From contig CM120642.1 in assembly GCA_051362555.1 (NCBI GenBank), positions 9,486,001 through 9,550,000 of the forward strand: DNA of 64,000 nucleotides, read 5' to 3'. A program made the translations under genes and the position numbers. Positions 41,001 to 52,121 of this stretch are shown here, in pieces. The notes under the pieces were generated by a model. That model did not search any database. It was not told the DNA's origin and saw only the letters and a program-made list of their open reading frames with translations. The DNA comes from Lingula anatina. Its lineage: Eukaryota; Animalia; Brachiopoda. Positions within the stretch are counted from its first letter, which is position 1; each line of letters begins with the position of its first letter.

Positions 41001-44000
41001 CCCTTAAATATAAGATATAAAGTTAGTTAAACATAAAAAGATTTTTTATCTTGACTTAATAGTTAGTTGAAGGTTTTCTTTTTATTTTAAATTAGTAAAT
41101 TTGATAAAATTTTTCTCTGGAAGAATATGGTCCTAACCTTAAAGCTAACATGATGGAGTTCAGATCCAATATCATTAGTCAAATGATTATTATTTTGGCA
41201 GATGTCACCATGATTAAGACCATAAAGCTGTCCAGTCTGTCCTTGCCTCGGGACAGTGTGTTGACCGTCAGACGGGGAATCTCAGATGAGAGTCCAGTAC
41301 TGTTTACACTGAGAGGGGAGGACCAACAGTGGGCACCTGAGATTGCTGTCTCATCTTCTGATGGAGCAAGGTGAGATTTTATATGAATGAGATACGTTTA
41401 TTGTAACTCAAAAATCAAAAGAGAATTGATGAAATGCTTAACTCATAATAGCATTAATATTTTTTATTGTGGTGTAATATTTTTTTCCTGATCTTGTTAA
41501 AAATTCTCTTTATTGGTATATCTTTCAGGTTAGATTACATGCAGATGGCGACCAACTCGAGTGTGAATTCAACAGATGAAGACACCTCTGTTACCCCACA
41601 ACTCCTTTTTACTGCCTCTTACAGAACTGCACCAGGTACTTTGTATTGTTTTGGTTATTGTACCACCAGCGTTAGCGCTGGCGGTACACATGGTTTCGGT
41701 CCCATCCGGATCGTTCCGCCGGCTCCGCCGGCTCCGCCGGCTCCGCCGGCTCCGTTGGCTCCGCCGGACGGCTACCGTTACCGCTTCTCCTCCTAGACGG
41801 TAAGGGCCCCCGTACCCATCTCATGGATTTAGGTCATCTATAATCTCAACTCGTTCCACGTAAAATTTGGGCTTTGTCGGTATTGGGGTCTGGGTGTGGC
41901 ACTCATTGCAATGCACCCTTGTCTAAAAATGGCAAAATTAAATGCTAATTATCTACCCTACGGAAGGAGTTATGGGAAAAATTTCTATAGACGGCTTTCC
42001 AAAAGTCATATGTGTAGATTTCAAAAATACCCTTGGATTTGACCTTTGACCTTTACTTCAAGGTCAAATGGGCCAAAATTTTCAAAAAAATGAAATTTTT
42101 TACGAAAAAAATTTTTTTTGCCCTGTTATTCAGACACCACACAGACTTAACCAATAATATTATTGGAAGGTGTTACCCTTCAGGTCATCTTTCATCTCCA
42201 TGAATTTGGGGTCAATCGGTGCATTTTCACGGGAGTAGCGGCCATAAGATACCGAAACTGAAAACTGTCTCTAATTCGGGAACCGTTAATGCTAGAGACC
42301 CATTCTTTTTTGCATTTTGTGGAGCATGGAAAGCCCAACACTGGAGGTGGTCTCGGTTTTTTTGTATTCCATACGGTTTTCGAGTTACGCTGTATCAAAA
42401 AGTACATATTGGTGGTAAAAGCAAAATGTGCAGTACGGTAATGGATAATAAATTTTGAACTCTGGAAAAATAAAACATAAGGCTTGGCAAAGCAGACAAC
42501 TTGTGTTCAAAAATGACATTATTTCATCAAATTTGAACTTCTGAAACTTCAGAGCACCTCCTATTTCAAGAATTTTGACCAAAATGACATTTTCTTTATT
42601 TTAATTAATTTTTTCTGTACGAAATTTAAGGCACATTATGGTAACTCCAAAATTATAACATTTAGTCCCTTATATCTCCAAAACTGGCAGAGATAGGTCC
42701 ATAGTTACTATTGAAGTTGAATAGGAAGTCATATACTGGCAATCTTACTATGACCTTGAAAGTGACCTTTGACCTACTTTTCACCATGAACTGAACTTTG
42801 CAAATTTTTCTTCCCTTTTATCTCCAAAACTGGCAGAGATAGGTCCATAGTTACTATTGAAGTTGAATAGGAAGTCATATACTGGCAATCTAAATGTGAC
42901 CTTAAAATTGACCTTTGACCTACTTTTCACCATAAACTGAATTTTGCAAAATTTGCTTCCCTTTTATCTCCAAAACTGGCAGAGATAGGTCCATAGTTAC
43001 TATTGAACTTGAATAGGAAGTCATATACTGGCAATCAAAATGTGACCTTAAAATTGACCTTTGACCTACTTTACACCATGAACTGAATTTTGCAAATTTT
43101 GCTTTCCTTTTCTCTCCAAAACTGGCAGAGATAGGTCCATAGTTACTATTTAACTTGAATAGGAAGTCATATACTGGCAATCTAAATGTGACCTTAAAAT
43201 TGACCTTTGACCTACTTTACACCATGAACTGAATTTTGCAAATTTTGCTTTCCTTTTATCTCCAAAACTGGCTGAGATAGGTCCGTAGTTACTATTGAAC
43301 TTGAATAGGAAGTCATATACTGGCAATCTAAATGTGACCTCAAAATTGACCTTTGACCTACTTTTCACCATAAACTGAACTTTGCAAATTTTGCTTCCCT
43401 TTTATCTCCAAAACTGGCAGAGATAGGTCCATAGTTACTATTGAACTTGAATAGGAAGTCATATACTGGCAATCTAAATGTGACCTTGAAATTGACCTTT
43501 GACCTACTTTACACCATGAACTGAATTTTGCAAATTTTGCTTTCCTTTTATCTCCAAACCTGGCTGAGATAGGTCCGTAGTTACTATTGAACTTGAATAG
43601 GAAGTCATATACTGGCATTATAAATGTGACATTAAAATTGACCTTTGTCCTACTTTTCACCATAAACTGAACTTTGCAAATTTTGCTTCCCTTTTATCTC
43701 CAAAACTGGCAGAGATAGGTCCATAGTTACTATTGAACTTGAATAGGAAGTCATATACTGGCAATCTAAATGTGACCTTGAAATTGACCTTTGACCTACT
43801 TTTTATCATGAACTGAACTCTGCTAATTTCTTTCTCTTTTAACTTCAAACTTGACAGAGATAGGTCCATAAATACTCTTGAACTTGAATAGGAAGTCATA
43901 TACTGGCAATTTACTGTGACCTTGAAATTGACCCTTGACCTACCTTACGAAGAACTTAAATTTGATTGTACCATATATATTTTTTGCAATAGTTTAAAAA

Positions 44001-47000
44001 TTCTTGTTGATTGCATTTTTACAGCTTGTCAAGCACAAAACTGGTGGCTGTGTCCCTTATTTTGTGTATGTGGGGGTCTATACGAATGCGCTTGCTCCAG
44101 CTGGTGGTACAATATTCGGAGGCGGTATCGCCTCTCTGATCCTCTAGTTACTATTAATTTTCCGTCATACCAAGCCTTTGCTTTGATGGCCATACAAAAA
44201 ATGGGAATGACAAGTAAATGAAATAGTTAGAAGTATTACATGGCTTAACAAATAAATGCAATTATTAACCAACTTTAGGCAAATAAATTTGTAATGGAAA
44301 GTATTATTTAATAATGAACAAAATTGTATAATTTTCAAGTAACAGACAAGTACAGTATATATAAATCTATTATTATTATTATTATCTTAGCCTGTAATGC
44401 AGTCTTAGATGGCAAAAGTGGAACTTTCACCAGTCCAAACTTTCCTGACTCCTATCCTCTCAATGCCTGGTGTCTGTGGGTCATTAAGTTAACTGACCAG
44501 AAAGAAAAGCTTGTCCACCTCAGCTTTGATACCTTTCACCTGGCTACTCCCCATTATGTGAAGGTCATGAGAGCCGTACATCAGAACGGCACCAATGGAA
44601 GCGAACCTGATACGATTGGTCAATATAATGGTGATGTCATACCCAATGATGTGATCAGTTCGGGAGAAGAGTTGTGGGTGTGGTTTTTGTCAAAGAGTAA
44701 GAGTACATCAGTAAAGCAAGGAGTGAATGTTTCTTATGAATTGATTGGTGAGTATTGACTTCAAACTGGTTTTTTTTTTTGGGGGGGGGGGATTGTAAAT
44801 TTATACTCAGTCATTTTTAAACCCCCAAGTTCAATCCATGCAGATAGTATTGGGAAGATTACATAAACTTTATTAATGGCTAGTCAAATCACTGGGTTGT
44901 ATTGTAGCCAGGACTGTACAATAAATGTCACCTTGTGAGTAACAACATGTACTCTCATCAGTCAGTCTCTGACCAGGTTTGCAGTAGGCTAACTGTGAGG
45001 AAAAATCCCAGCCTGTGCTAAATAATAACTACTATATGATCCAACTACCAAGCCAATGAACATTTTTGCTTTAACAGATATGACTTAAAATAAACATTTG
45101 ACATTGCATTCACACAAATATTTTTTAAGTGAAACAAAGTAATTTAAGACTCAAAGTTTTACTGGATTATAATCATGCTCCATTTCAGATTGCGGTGGAA
45201 ATATAACAAAGATCTCAGAAATTGCAACACCTGGTTATCCAAAACCAGTCTCGAAGAATACCACATGTGTGTGGATTGTTACTCTGCCTCCAAAAACTGG
45301 GAACTCCACAGTGAACATCATCTCCTTTGACTATGAGATTCATAACTTTATGAATGCGACTGGGTGAGTAACAGTCAACTCTTTGAATATCTAAGTGATA
45401 TCTTTTTCTTCAGTAATTTTTTTTTTTTTTTTCGAGCAATGACTGGTCTAGGATGGGGGTACAGTAGCCTTATACACTTGTCTTAGCTAAGATCAAAAAA
45501 AGGTATACCAAGGATAACAAGACAAAACCAGCAATATCTCTGTGTATGTGCCCCTGACCCCTCTTATCAAAATCCTGGATACAACAACCCCTAAGACACA
45601 TACATACATACTCAGGACATTAAAATCTGTCCACATAATGATAATAGACAGCATTCAATAAAGGGAACCGGAGAAGATCAGCATTGGTCAGAATTGTGCC
45701 GGAAGTGACGTGCAGTGGTGTTAGAAACGAAGCTGAGTGGTCATTTTAACATAGAGGTGAACGGCAGTGAAGACGGGTTGTCGGAGGAAAAAGAAGTTTT
45801 CTAAACAACATGGTAAGATAACTCTCTTTTTTTAAGCATTTTGGGCAGAGAAAACTTGTAGAAATAATAAATGCATGATATGAAAACGTGACACGGAACT
45901 TGAAGGTGCAAAATCGTGCTTAATTTGCGGTCAACTTGTTTAGAAATAAATGCTGCGTCGACCGCCAGCGCGACAAAAAGCGTAAAGGGGAAATAATTCC
46001 CGGGAGTCTATAAATCGTTGTCATGTGGAAATTTGGCATTAATATAATCCGATATGTCCATATCTAAGTATTTTTGGGTGTTTTATGGTATGGGCTGCAA
46101 TTACAACGATGTTTTAGAGGTCTTGAAGGACCTTGTGAAAACCAGGAAGTAGTTCGTAACTAACAAGTGAAATGTACCGATCTCCGACTGGATCTTCCCA
46201 AAAAGACAAAAAGAGAATTCAGGTGAGCTGACAGGTAATTAAGACTAGCTCAAAGTACTAATAATTGACATTATTACGCAATACTCAGTTGGTAAAACGA
46301 TTCTCACAGGTAGATAAGATGTAACATGACCAATTTCTATAGGCTAATGATTGCCAGCCTGAGGAAATTGATTGCCAGTCTCTTTTGTCAGTGATTTTTA
46401 ACTCAGATAAGAGGCTGTCAGAATGTCACCTTTGTCTTGGCATTTGTTTCTGATTAGCGCCTTCCCCAGTGTAAAAGGTATATCAGTGTGATCATGTGTG
46501 TGGAATTTCATGCCAGATGGACATATAAAGATCTAAAAATTCGTCACGATTTTGCACCTTCAAGTTCCGTGTCACGTTTTCATATCATGCATTTATTATT
46601 TCTACAAGTTTTCTCTGCCCAAAATGCGTAAAAAAAGAGAGTTATCTTACCATGTTGTTTAGAAAACTTCTTTTTCCTCCGACAACCCGTCTTCACTGCC
46701 GTTCACCTCTATGTTAAAATGACCACTCAGCTTCATTTCTAACACCACTGCACGTCACTTCCGGCACAATTCTGACCAATGCTGATCTTCTCCGGTTCCC
46801 TTTATTGAGGTCATGACTGTGATTATTTTTCTAAACATTCATCTTAACCAATAATTGAATACTGTATGCAGAAACCTGTTTGAAATCCGTGATGGTGGTT
46901 CCTCCCAGTCTCCACTGGTCCAGATGAATTACAAGAATGGCAAAAGTCCATCTATCCTGTCCACTAGTAATGTACTGTGGATTAAGTACAGATATCAGCA

Positions 47001-48016
47001 TTTAAGTGGCCCAGAAGTACCAGCAGGATTTGCCTTCAGGATGGATTATAAAATAAAAGGTAAGTTGTTCTAAAAACTTTAAAAAAGAAAAGAATCATTT
47101 TGCAAAGTAACAATGATAAAATCAAAATGCACTTATTCTTTGGTGATTAGATATTCTGGAAATAAAAAAAAGAATCATTTTGCAAAGAAACAATGATAAA
47201 ATCAAAATGCACTTATCCTTTGGTGATTAGATATTCTGGAATTTTTTTTCCTTGATTCATCTGGATATTTGTAATTACAGTGTTAGTCAGTGCATGTAGT
47301 AGATAGTAAGATATTGATATTACCTTACATTGTAAGTCCATATACTTATGTTCCAGTGATCAAAGAGGTGAACAGTCTTTTGGCTGTCATAACATTCTCA
47401 CTACCCCTCATTCAAATGTCTCTTTCAGAATGTCCCCTGTCAGATCAGTGTGACAATGGTAAATGTATTCATGCTGACTGGAAGTGTGACGGCATCTACC
47501 AGTGTCAGGACAGATCAGACGAGAAAGGCTGTGCCAAACCTGGCACACTCAGCTCAGGAGCAGGTATGTGAAAGTTTCTGTGTGTGTGTGTGCGCGCGCA
47601 TGAATAAGGGGTTTGAGAGTAGGTGGATTGATATTGGAAAAGAATTAGGAGTAACCTTGTCATCAATATAAGATGTAAACTAAAAGATGCTATTTAAAAA
47701 TTTGTCACTGCTCTTATTACCTCATTGACTTATTATCTTTAAGCATTGCACTTTAATTTTATATAATGGTTCTCCATCTGAAAACCTGATGCAACCCCCT
47801 TTGTACCCTGAACAATCAGAACTGATAAAATTAATATGAAATCGAATGCTGACCATGTATCTTGTCATGTCCATTACAGTGTCCTACCTGGCTCTGGCCT
47901 TGTCCATCCTTGGGTCACTGGTGGCTGGATTCCTGATAGCTTGCCTCATTCCTTACTGCTACAAGCGCTACAGGTTTGCTCGATACAGTGAGTTGTTGTC
48001 ACCAGTCCCCACCTAA
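30260..48016 (+). CDS. Type-I membrane protein with ~7 CUB/CUB-like domains, one LDLa, TM and short tail (~928 aa, 19 exons)
   Basis: Exons: 30260-30293 (Kozak accATGG), 35733-35777 (signal peptide MAGYEKFRSITVVFLILCASRLINAE), 36073-36288 (GC donor), 36760-36858, 37242-37463, 37808-37927, 38313-38558, 38887-38985, 39409-39521, 39809-39906, 40204-40319, 40634-40744, 41202-41370, 41529-41635, 44391-44747 (canonical CUB CNAVLDGKSGTFTSPNFPDSYPLNAWCLW), 45189-45363, 46872-47059, 47429-47563 (LDLa CDNGKCIHADWKCDGIYQCQDRSDEKGC), 47880-48016 (TM LALALSILGSLVAGFLIACLIPYCY, tail KRYRFARYSELLSPVPT*). All phases are consistent. Confidence 0.88.
30304..33932 (-). mobile_element. 5'-truncated non-LTR retrotransposon (LINE, RTE-X-like) with APE endonuclease + RT + C-terminal CCHC motif
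   Basis: ORF 33148-33933 has APE motifs (CLVETH, LGDFNAKT, SVIDY). ORF 30541-32907 has RT motifs (NYRGIAI, FVDFSSAFDTV, GVKQGCVLSP, YADD) and a C-terminal RLCKLC..EDEFHLLLEC. The two ORFs are in the same frame, separated by one TGA at 33148-33150. 3' UTR ends aataaagaatc at ~30304. Possible imperfect TSD AAGAAATG (30296-30303) / AAGAAGTG (33933-33940). Confidence 0.93.
30541..32907 (-). CDS. LINE ORF2 reverse transcriptase portion (interrupted upstream by a nonsense codon)
   Basis: 788-aa ORF with non-LTR RT motifs including YADD and the C-terminal CxxC..H..C. Confidence 0.9.
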   Translation of the reverse strand: MSRQISKNPSNVSLLHNLNRIRKQYKKMLNKKCNDFRDKIYNSIEKLESENPQSFWKLFDQLCTKKQPSSNPIDPKQWWDHFNTLMNRHIPHKDPNFENSIENSFKSNREVIFNEVDFSFTVQEITTAAKKLKNNKTPGMDGIPNELLREGIDYLAPVLCKVFNAIYISGCFPEAWRLSTLTMLHKKGDRTDPKNYRGIAISSNVCKLFCQILNSRINKFIYKNRIIPENQIGFTKGARTSDHLLTLKTLIDKYINKASKSKFYVCFVDFSSAFDTVWRNALLHKLILSNFSSKFINIIHSMYSSTQFSIICNNKLTKPINSTVGVKQGCVLSPSLFNLFLSDLPNIFDVNKENDPAYLNNKPVSCLMYADDLVLISQSAQGLQHSLNLLHNYCTKWKLIINIAKTKIMIFNKAGHLLKTNQFMLGTNPVENTSEYCYLGLTFTPSGKFTKAMEDVKNKALKVFFKLRNQLFSAPTKIALKLFKSLLLPILSYGCEIWAPYLLRNLTIEKFLNICEKPPAELVHLKTCKTILGINKNSTNHAARGELGSFPILIQLLSLSIKYWCHLYKTIYNGQSTLVTDALIENRSLSSSGVFTWSSGIKTVLNMNNLGNLWSNPVSVSGKIAQTLTKKSLHSVYQDQWATLMSKTGSDNKLRTYVKFKKEFVCENYTHMAPKNITANFCKLRVSAHNLSIERGRYCKPKIPAELRLCKLCDSNKVEDEFHLLLECKAYDSLRDSFRGQLSDFLPLGDLSNNKLFNLLMGAQDIDILRMVMCFVNRCLKQREQALY
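41655..44149 (+). mobile_element. Helentron-like non-autonomous element (HINE family 1) carrying an internal satellite array
   Basis: Left end ttATTGTACCACCAGC (41655-41670) with an adjacent inverted copy gctggcggtaca, then a (ccggctccg)n microsatellite at ~41716-41770 and a central tandem array. Right subterminal inverted repeat GCTGGTGGTACAAT (44100-44113), hairpin ggaggcggtatcgcctct (44118-44135), terminal ctagtt. No TSD. This is the DINE-1/HINE architecture. Confidence 0.8.
42668..43940. repeat. Tandem satellite, 146-bp unit, ~8.7 copies
   Basis: tctccaaa.ctggc.gagatagg recurs at 42675, 42821, 42967, 43113, 43259, 43405, 43551 and 43697, and degenerate at ~43843 (period exactly 146). Confidence 0.97.
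45655..46808. mobile_element. Non-autonomous DNA transposon/foldback element with ~264-bp near-perfect TIRs
   Basis: 45655-45918 (tcaataaagggaaccggagaagatcagc...aaaatcgtg) is the reverse complement of 46545-46808, with about two mismatches by eye. The ~630-bp interior has no long ORF. Confidence 0.92.
47088..47241. repeat. 80-bp tandem duplication in intron
   Basis: agaatcattttgcaaag.aacaatgataaaatcaaaatgcacttat.ctttggtgattagatattctgga at 47091 and 47171. Confidence 0.9.
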
Positions 48017-50136
48017 TCAAAAGAAAGATCTGAAGACTATGAAAATTTGCATGATTTTCAATTGCTTGGAGTGAGATTTTATTGTAGCGCACATGAAGAA
48101 GAGAGGATCTGATGAGAGTGAAAGAAGGATTTTTTTCTTCAACATTTCAAATTTGCTGAAATGAGATTGTTTGTTCAAGCTGTTGCTATTTAAACGAGAA
48201 AATATAAACAAGATAATATTAAAAGAGATGACAGACTCCACATAGCACATTATCCTATTGTGTGAATTATTGTATATTACAAACATATTTTGTGGAACAT
48301 TTTTTTTCACATTATTCAAAACTTGAGTGGGTATTACCTGACCAGAGTTTTTGCATAACTGAATCAAAATTTCCAATTCATCATTGCCCCAGTTATGGGG
48401 ACTCAAACATCTATTCTAAGATCAGGTAGATTTTTTTGGATTATACAGACAACATGTAGATCTGCAATTTACAGACAACACATACACTTATAATTGTAAC
48501 TGTAGACATATAACTGTATCCCAAGTAGATTCCTAAAAGATAACAGCTGAGACTTAAAACTTTGTGAAATGAAGAGTTATAAACATGGGCAGCTATAAAA
48601 GTGTTTAAACCATTTGCTTAATGTTTTAAGTTATAAAAAATATTTACTTTATCCAATTTGACAAATGGTTTTGGCTCAGAAACAAGTAGGAGATACAGTT
48701 TAATAGTTAAAAAATAATTCTTTCTTTTATCTGAAGTCCTTTTTTCAACTTTGAATTTATGTATTTATAATTTCAACTGTTGCAATTATCATTGCACTAT
48801 GCTTAATATGTGTACAAACCTTTCAAATCATTAATTAGTTTGAAATATGTGGTCATATGTTTAAAGCTTAGAAGAAATGGGTTTTAAAACTTCACATTTT
48901 ACTTTTTAACTTTTATTTCTCTGTGAGTTATTGCAATACTTATGTAAATCATTTACTCTCAACAATTGCATTTTCAAGTTTGAATAGGTTATTAATGCTC
49001 TTTACATAATTTTTGTTCATGATTTGTATTTCTTATAGAAATTATCATGAAGGTGCATTTTTGAACGTTTTGTTAATGCTTTTAAGGTCCAAGTTTGGTG
49101 TTTAATATTAGGCATTTACATTTTTGGTATTTCCCCATTTAGCAAGCTGATTTTCATTGTTAAGGTTTTAGAATTTAATGTTAATTGCTAATTCGTAGGT
49201 CTATAAATATGAAGTAAGATGTTCAAAAGAAAATGCATTTTATTTCATTATTGTGAATGCGTGTACTATATTACCCCAGACAGAATTTTGGTCTGTTTTA
49301 GTCTATAACTGGCAGTAAACTCATCATTTATACGTGTAAACCATACGAAGTGTGGCGATAAAATGGAAGCTGACATTTCAGAATGTTACGGAAGCGTTTG
49401 TCAGTGATATTATAGAGACGCATATCGGGGCAGTGCCATGAATGAATGAATAGAGGTCTATTTCTTACCAGTGTTTAAGGAATTATTTGGTATTTCATCA
49501 GCTTTTGTGTTAATTTACTGATGGAATACGGCGTTCGTTAGACCTTTATATAGCAAGAAAATTTATTTCCCTGAAATTGTCTAGTATTTTCCGATAATGA
49601 CCAAGTTATATCCTATATAAAGAGTTGAGGGGAAAAAAATTAAATTGGAACCCCCTTTTTGAATTTTAAATTGCTATTTTTACCTTTAGAAGTTCAGTTG
49701 ATGTTCACCCGTCTTCATCCTCATAACAAGAGTGAGTCAAAATTTGTATACCTGGGAGACAAAAGCAAGGTTATATGTCGTAATTTGTCAACGGTAGACA
49801 TCCACAGTGTGCCGTGGTGATTAAAGGAAAAGTGCTCATATTTCCAGGGAAATAAAATTTCGTCAAGAAACAGGCCAGAGATTAGGAGTTAGGTATAGAG
49901 TAAGAAATAGAGCAGAGGAATCTTCTGAAGACAGGGCTAGAGATTACATTAGAGGGACGTTTTAAAGATTGGGAATAATGGATTCCGCAGTGATTAAAAT
50001 TAATTTCGATGCATTCCAGACACTTGCCAGATAGCGCTTTCATAGTGCCTACAGTTATTGTTACGTGTTCTTAATGAGTCGTTGGAAATAAAGGATAATT
50101 TCTTTATTGCTGGTTGATGTTAGTTTTGCTGTGCAC

Positions 50137-50354
50137 CGACACCTCCTTATGCCGATCCCACACTTGCCTTTGTCGGACCAATATCTGAATATGTTGCACT
50201 TACACTTTCGTATGCCAGATCCTACATTTGCCTTTGTCGGACCAATATCTGAATATGTTGCACTTACACTTCCGTATGCCAGATCCTACATTTGCCTTTG
50301 TCGGACCCACATCTGCCTTTGTCGCACTTACATCTGCCTATGCCGAACTACATG
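50137..50354. repeat. Minisatellite: ~21-bp subunits forming a duplicated 64-bp higher-order unit
   Basis: ttgcctttgtcggaccaatatctgaatatgttgcacttacac... at 50164 and 50228, followed by cacatctgcctttgtcgcact / tacatctgcctatgccgaact monomers. Confidence 0.85.
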
Positions 50355-50520
50355 TTAAGAGTACTTTCACACACAATTTCGTAAGTTCAATGAAATTTAA
50401 AGCTTTCACAATTTAAAACTAATAGAAAATGTCTCACACATATGCAAAGGTCAGTTAATAAGACGAACACACGATACCCTCTCATAAATTTGATTCAATA
50501 GAATTTGAAATTTAATCTAA

Positions 50521-50695
50521 GGCCTCATTCAGAATTGGGGACTAACTAGTCCGAGGGTCAATTATGGCCGACCAACTTGAATACTTCCCCACGGGATACC
50601 TACACCGTGTCTATTAGCGGATAAGACGGCAAGCTTTGTAGTGGGTCGCTATATTTGACCCTCGGACTAGTTAGTCCCCTATTCTGAATGGGGCC
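50521..50695. mobile_element. PIF/Harbinger (Tourist-like) MITE, family A copy 2
   Basis: TAA|GGCCTCATTCAGAATTGGGGACTAACTAGTCCGAGGGTCAA ... TTGACCCTCGGACTAGTTAGTCCCCTATTCTGAATGGGGCC|TAA. Confidence 0.9.
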
Positions 50696-51609
50696 TAAGA
50701 AAAACAGTAGGTCCTCGTAATAATAGGAGGTCGTCGGGTGCAGTTGAGATTATTACGCCAGGATAATACCAGGAAATGGCAGTTAAAATGGAAAATTAAA
50801 TGACGGTACCAAACCGTACTTACAGTACAAGACAATCGAGTAAAATGCGGTCCCGTTTCCTGTTTATGACGTTATATCATCATAACGATGTTCATCACTC
50901 ACTGGTATATACTGGGTTTTTATTTTAATTTTTTATTTCATGTAAAAATGAAATTCGTTGCGGGCACGGAAATGGTAAAAGACGGTGTAAGCGTTCCGAA
51001 GCGCGTGTCATTTCCGAGACAGATTTTACCTGCTTTCTTCATTTTCATTTTCCACAATTAGCATAATGCTTCCCTTCAGTTGCCAAGATACAGTGTCTTC
51101 CAAAAATCAGTTAGTATTTTTTTTGTGACCCAGTTAGCGGAAAGTCAAAAATTATTAAAAAAAAAAAAAGAGCATCTATCGTAAAGTTATAATTAGTCCC
51201 TACTGTTTTCAATGCAATCACGAATTTGATTTTAAGATGTCCTTTTGATTATTTCAACATAATGCACAATTTTTGGAGAACCTTTCTTTTTAAAATTACA
51301 ATTCCCACGGCAGTTTTGTATTTTGTTGTCATTTACGACACTGTCGCGGTGGGAGAATGGTTTCTCGCTGACAAAATCCACGCCGTCGAATGGGAGAGGC
51401 AGCATCTCAGTTCACCGAAACGGAACGAAAATCGTTAAACTGCTTTTCAGATATTAAAATTACCTGAGCCTCAAGTGAAATGTGTAAACGGAAAACTAGT
51501 GTGTTCAGCACTAATTCCATTAAAATGAAAATTAAACGGTCGTTAAAAATTGCTCGTGGAGGAGAGAGCTCTTATTGGCGGAAAGTTAAAAATACTTCAG
51601 ATACTGACT

Positions 51610-51695
51610 TATAAAAGAAATTGTCGTGACGTTATTTTATAACTAAAACTGCAACAGCAGACCTTTGGTGCTCAATACAGACATTCATAGAAAAG
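51610..51695 (+). promoter_or_regulatory. Putative TATA box and non-coding first exon of the Kunitz-chimera gene
   Basis: TATAAAA at 51610-51616. Donor AAG|GTAAGA at 51695/51696. The next acceptor ttccag| at 52085 precedes the ATG at 52122. Confidence 0.5.
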
Positions 51696-52121
51696 GTAAG
51701 AAACAAAATGATAATTTCACTCTAAATTAGTAAAAACTTGGTGTAAAAATATTACTTACCAAGCATTGCCTATTTAGAGTTAAAGCAATCTTCTCTAACA
51801 ATTGAGCTGAACTTACAGCACAATTTTTCTGACCGCCACCTTTTGAAAATATATTATTTGAAAATGGATGGTTTAGCCGAACTTCAATAATCATCCTTCT
51901 AAATTTTTATTTGTGCTTTACCAGTACATATATCATTAACCGCTCGCCCTCACCCTATTTTTCTGAGGAAAACTAAAGCCCAACACAGGTGCTCTATGCC
52001 GTCGACATTGATGCACAGTATATATATTAGGTCCAAAAATTCACGTTTATTCCGTTGATTAATCCGTTATTGGTTTAAATTCCAGCCAAAGGTGTGCCGT
52101 ACATTAGCGATCACTTTACCA

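Noticed and set aside
41576-41803. Arg-rich/Pro-Ala ORFs (RRLRRLRR, PPAPPAPPAP)
   Set aside because: These are translations of the (ccggctccg)n microsatellite in the HINE left end. The real exon ends at 41635.
42668-43940. Regular repeat array as a CRISPR array, or its repeated ORFs (MPVYDFLFKFNSNYGPIS...) as a protein
   Set aside because: There are no unique spacers, the context is eukaryotic, and the 146-bp period is not a multiple of 3. The ORFs are by-products of the satellite.
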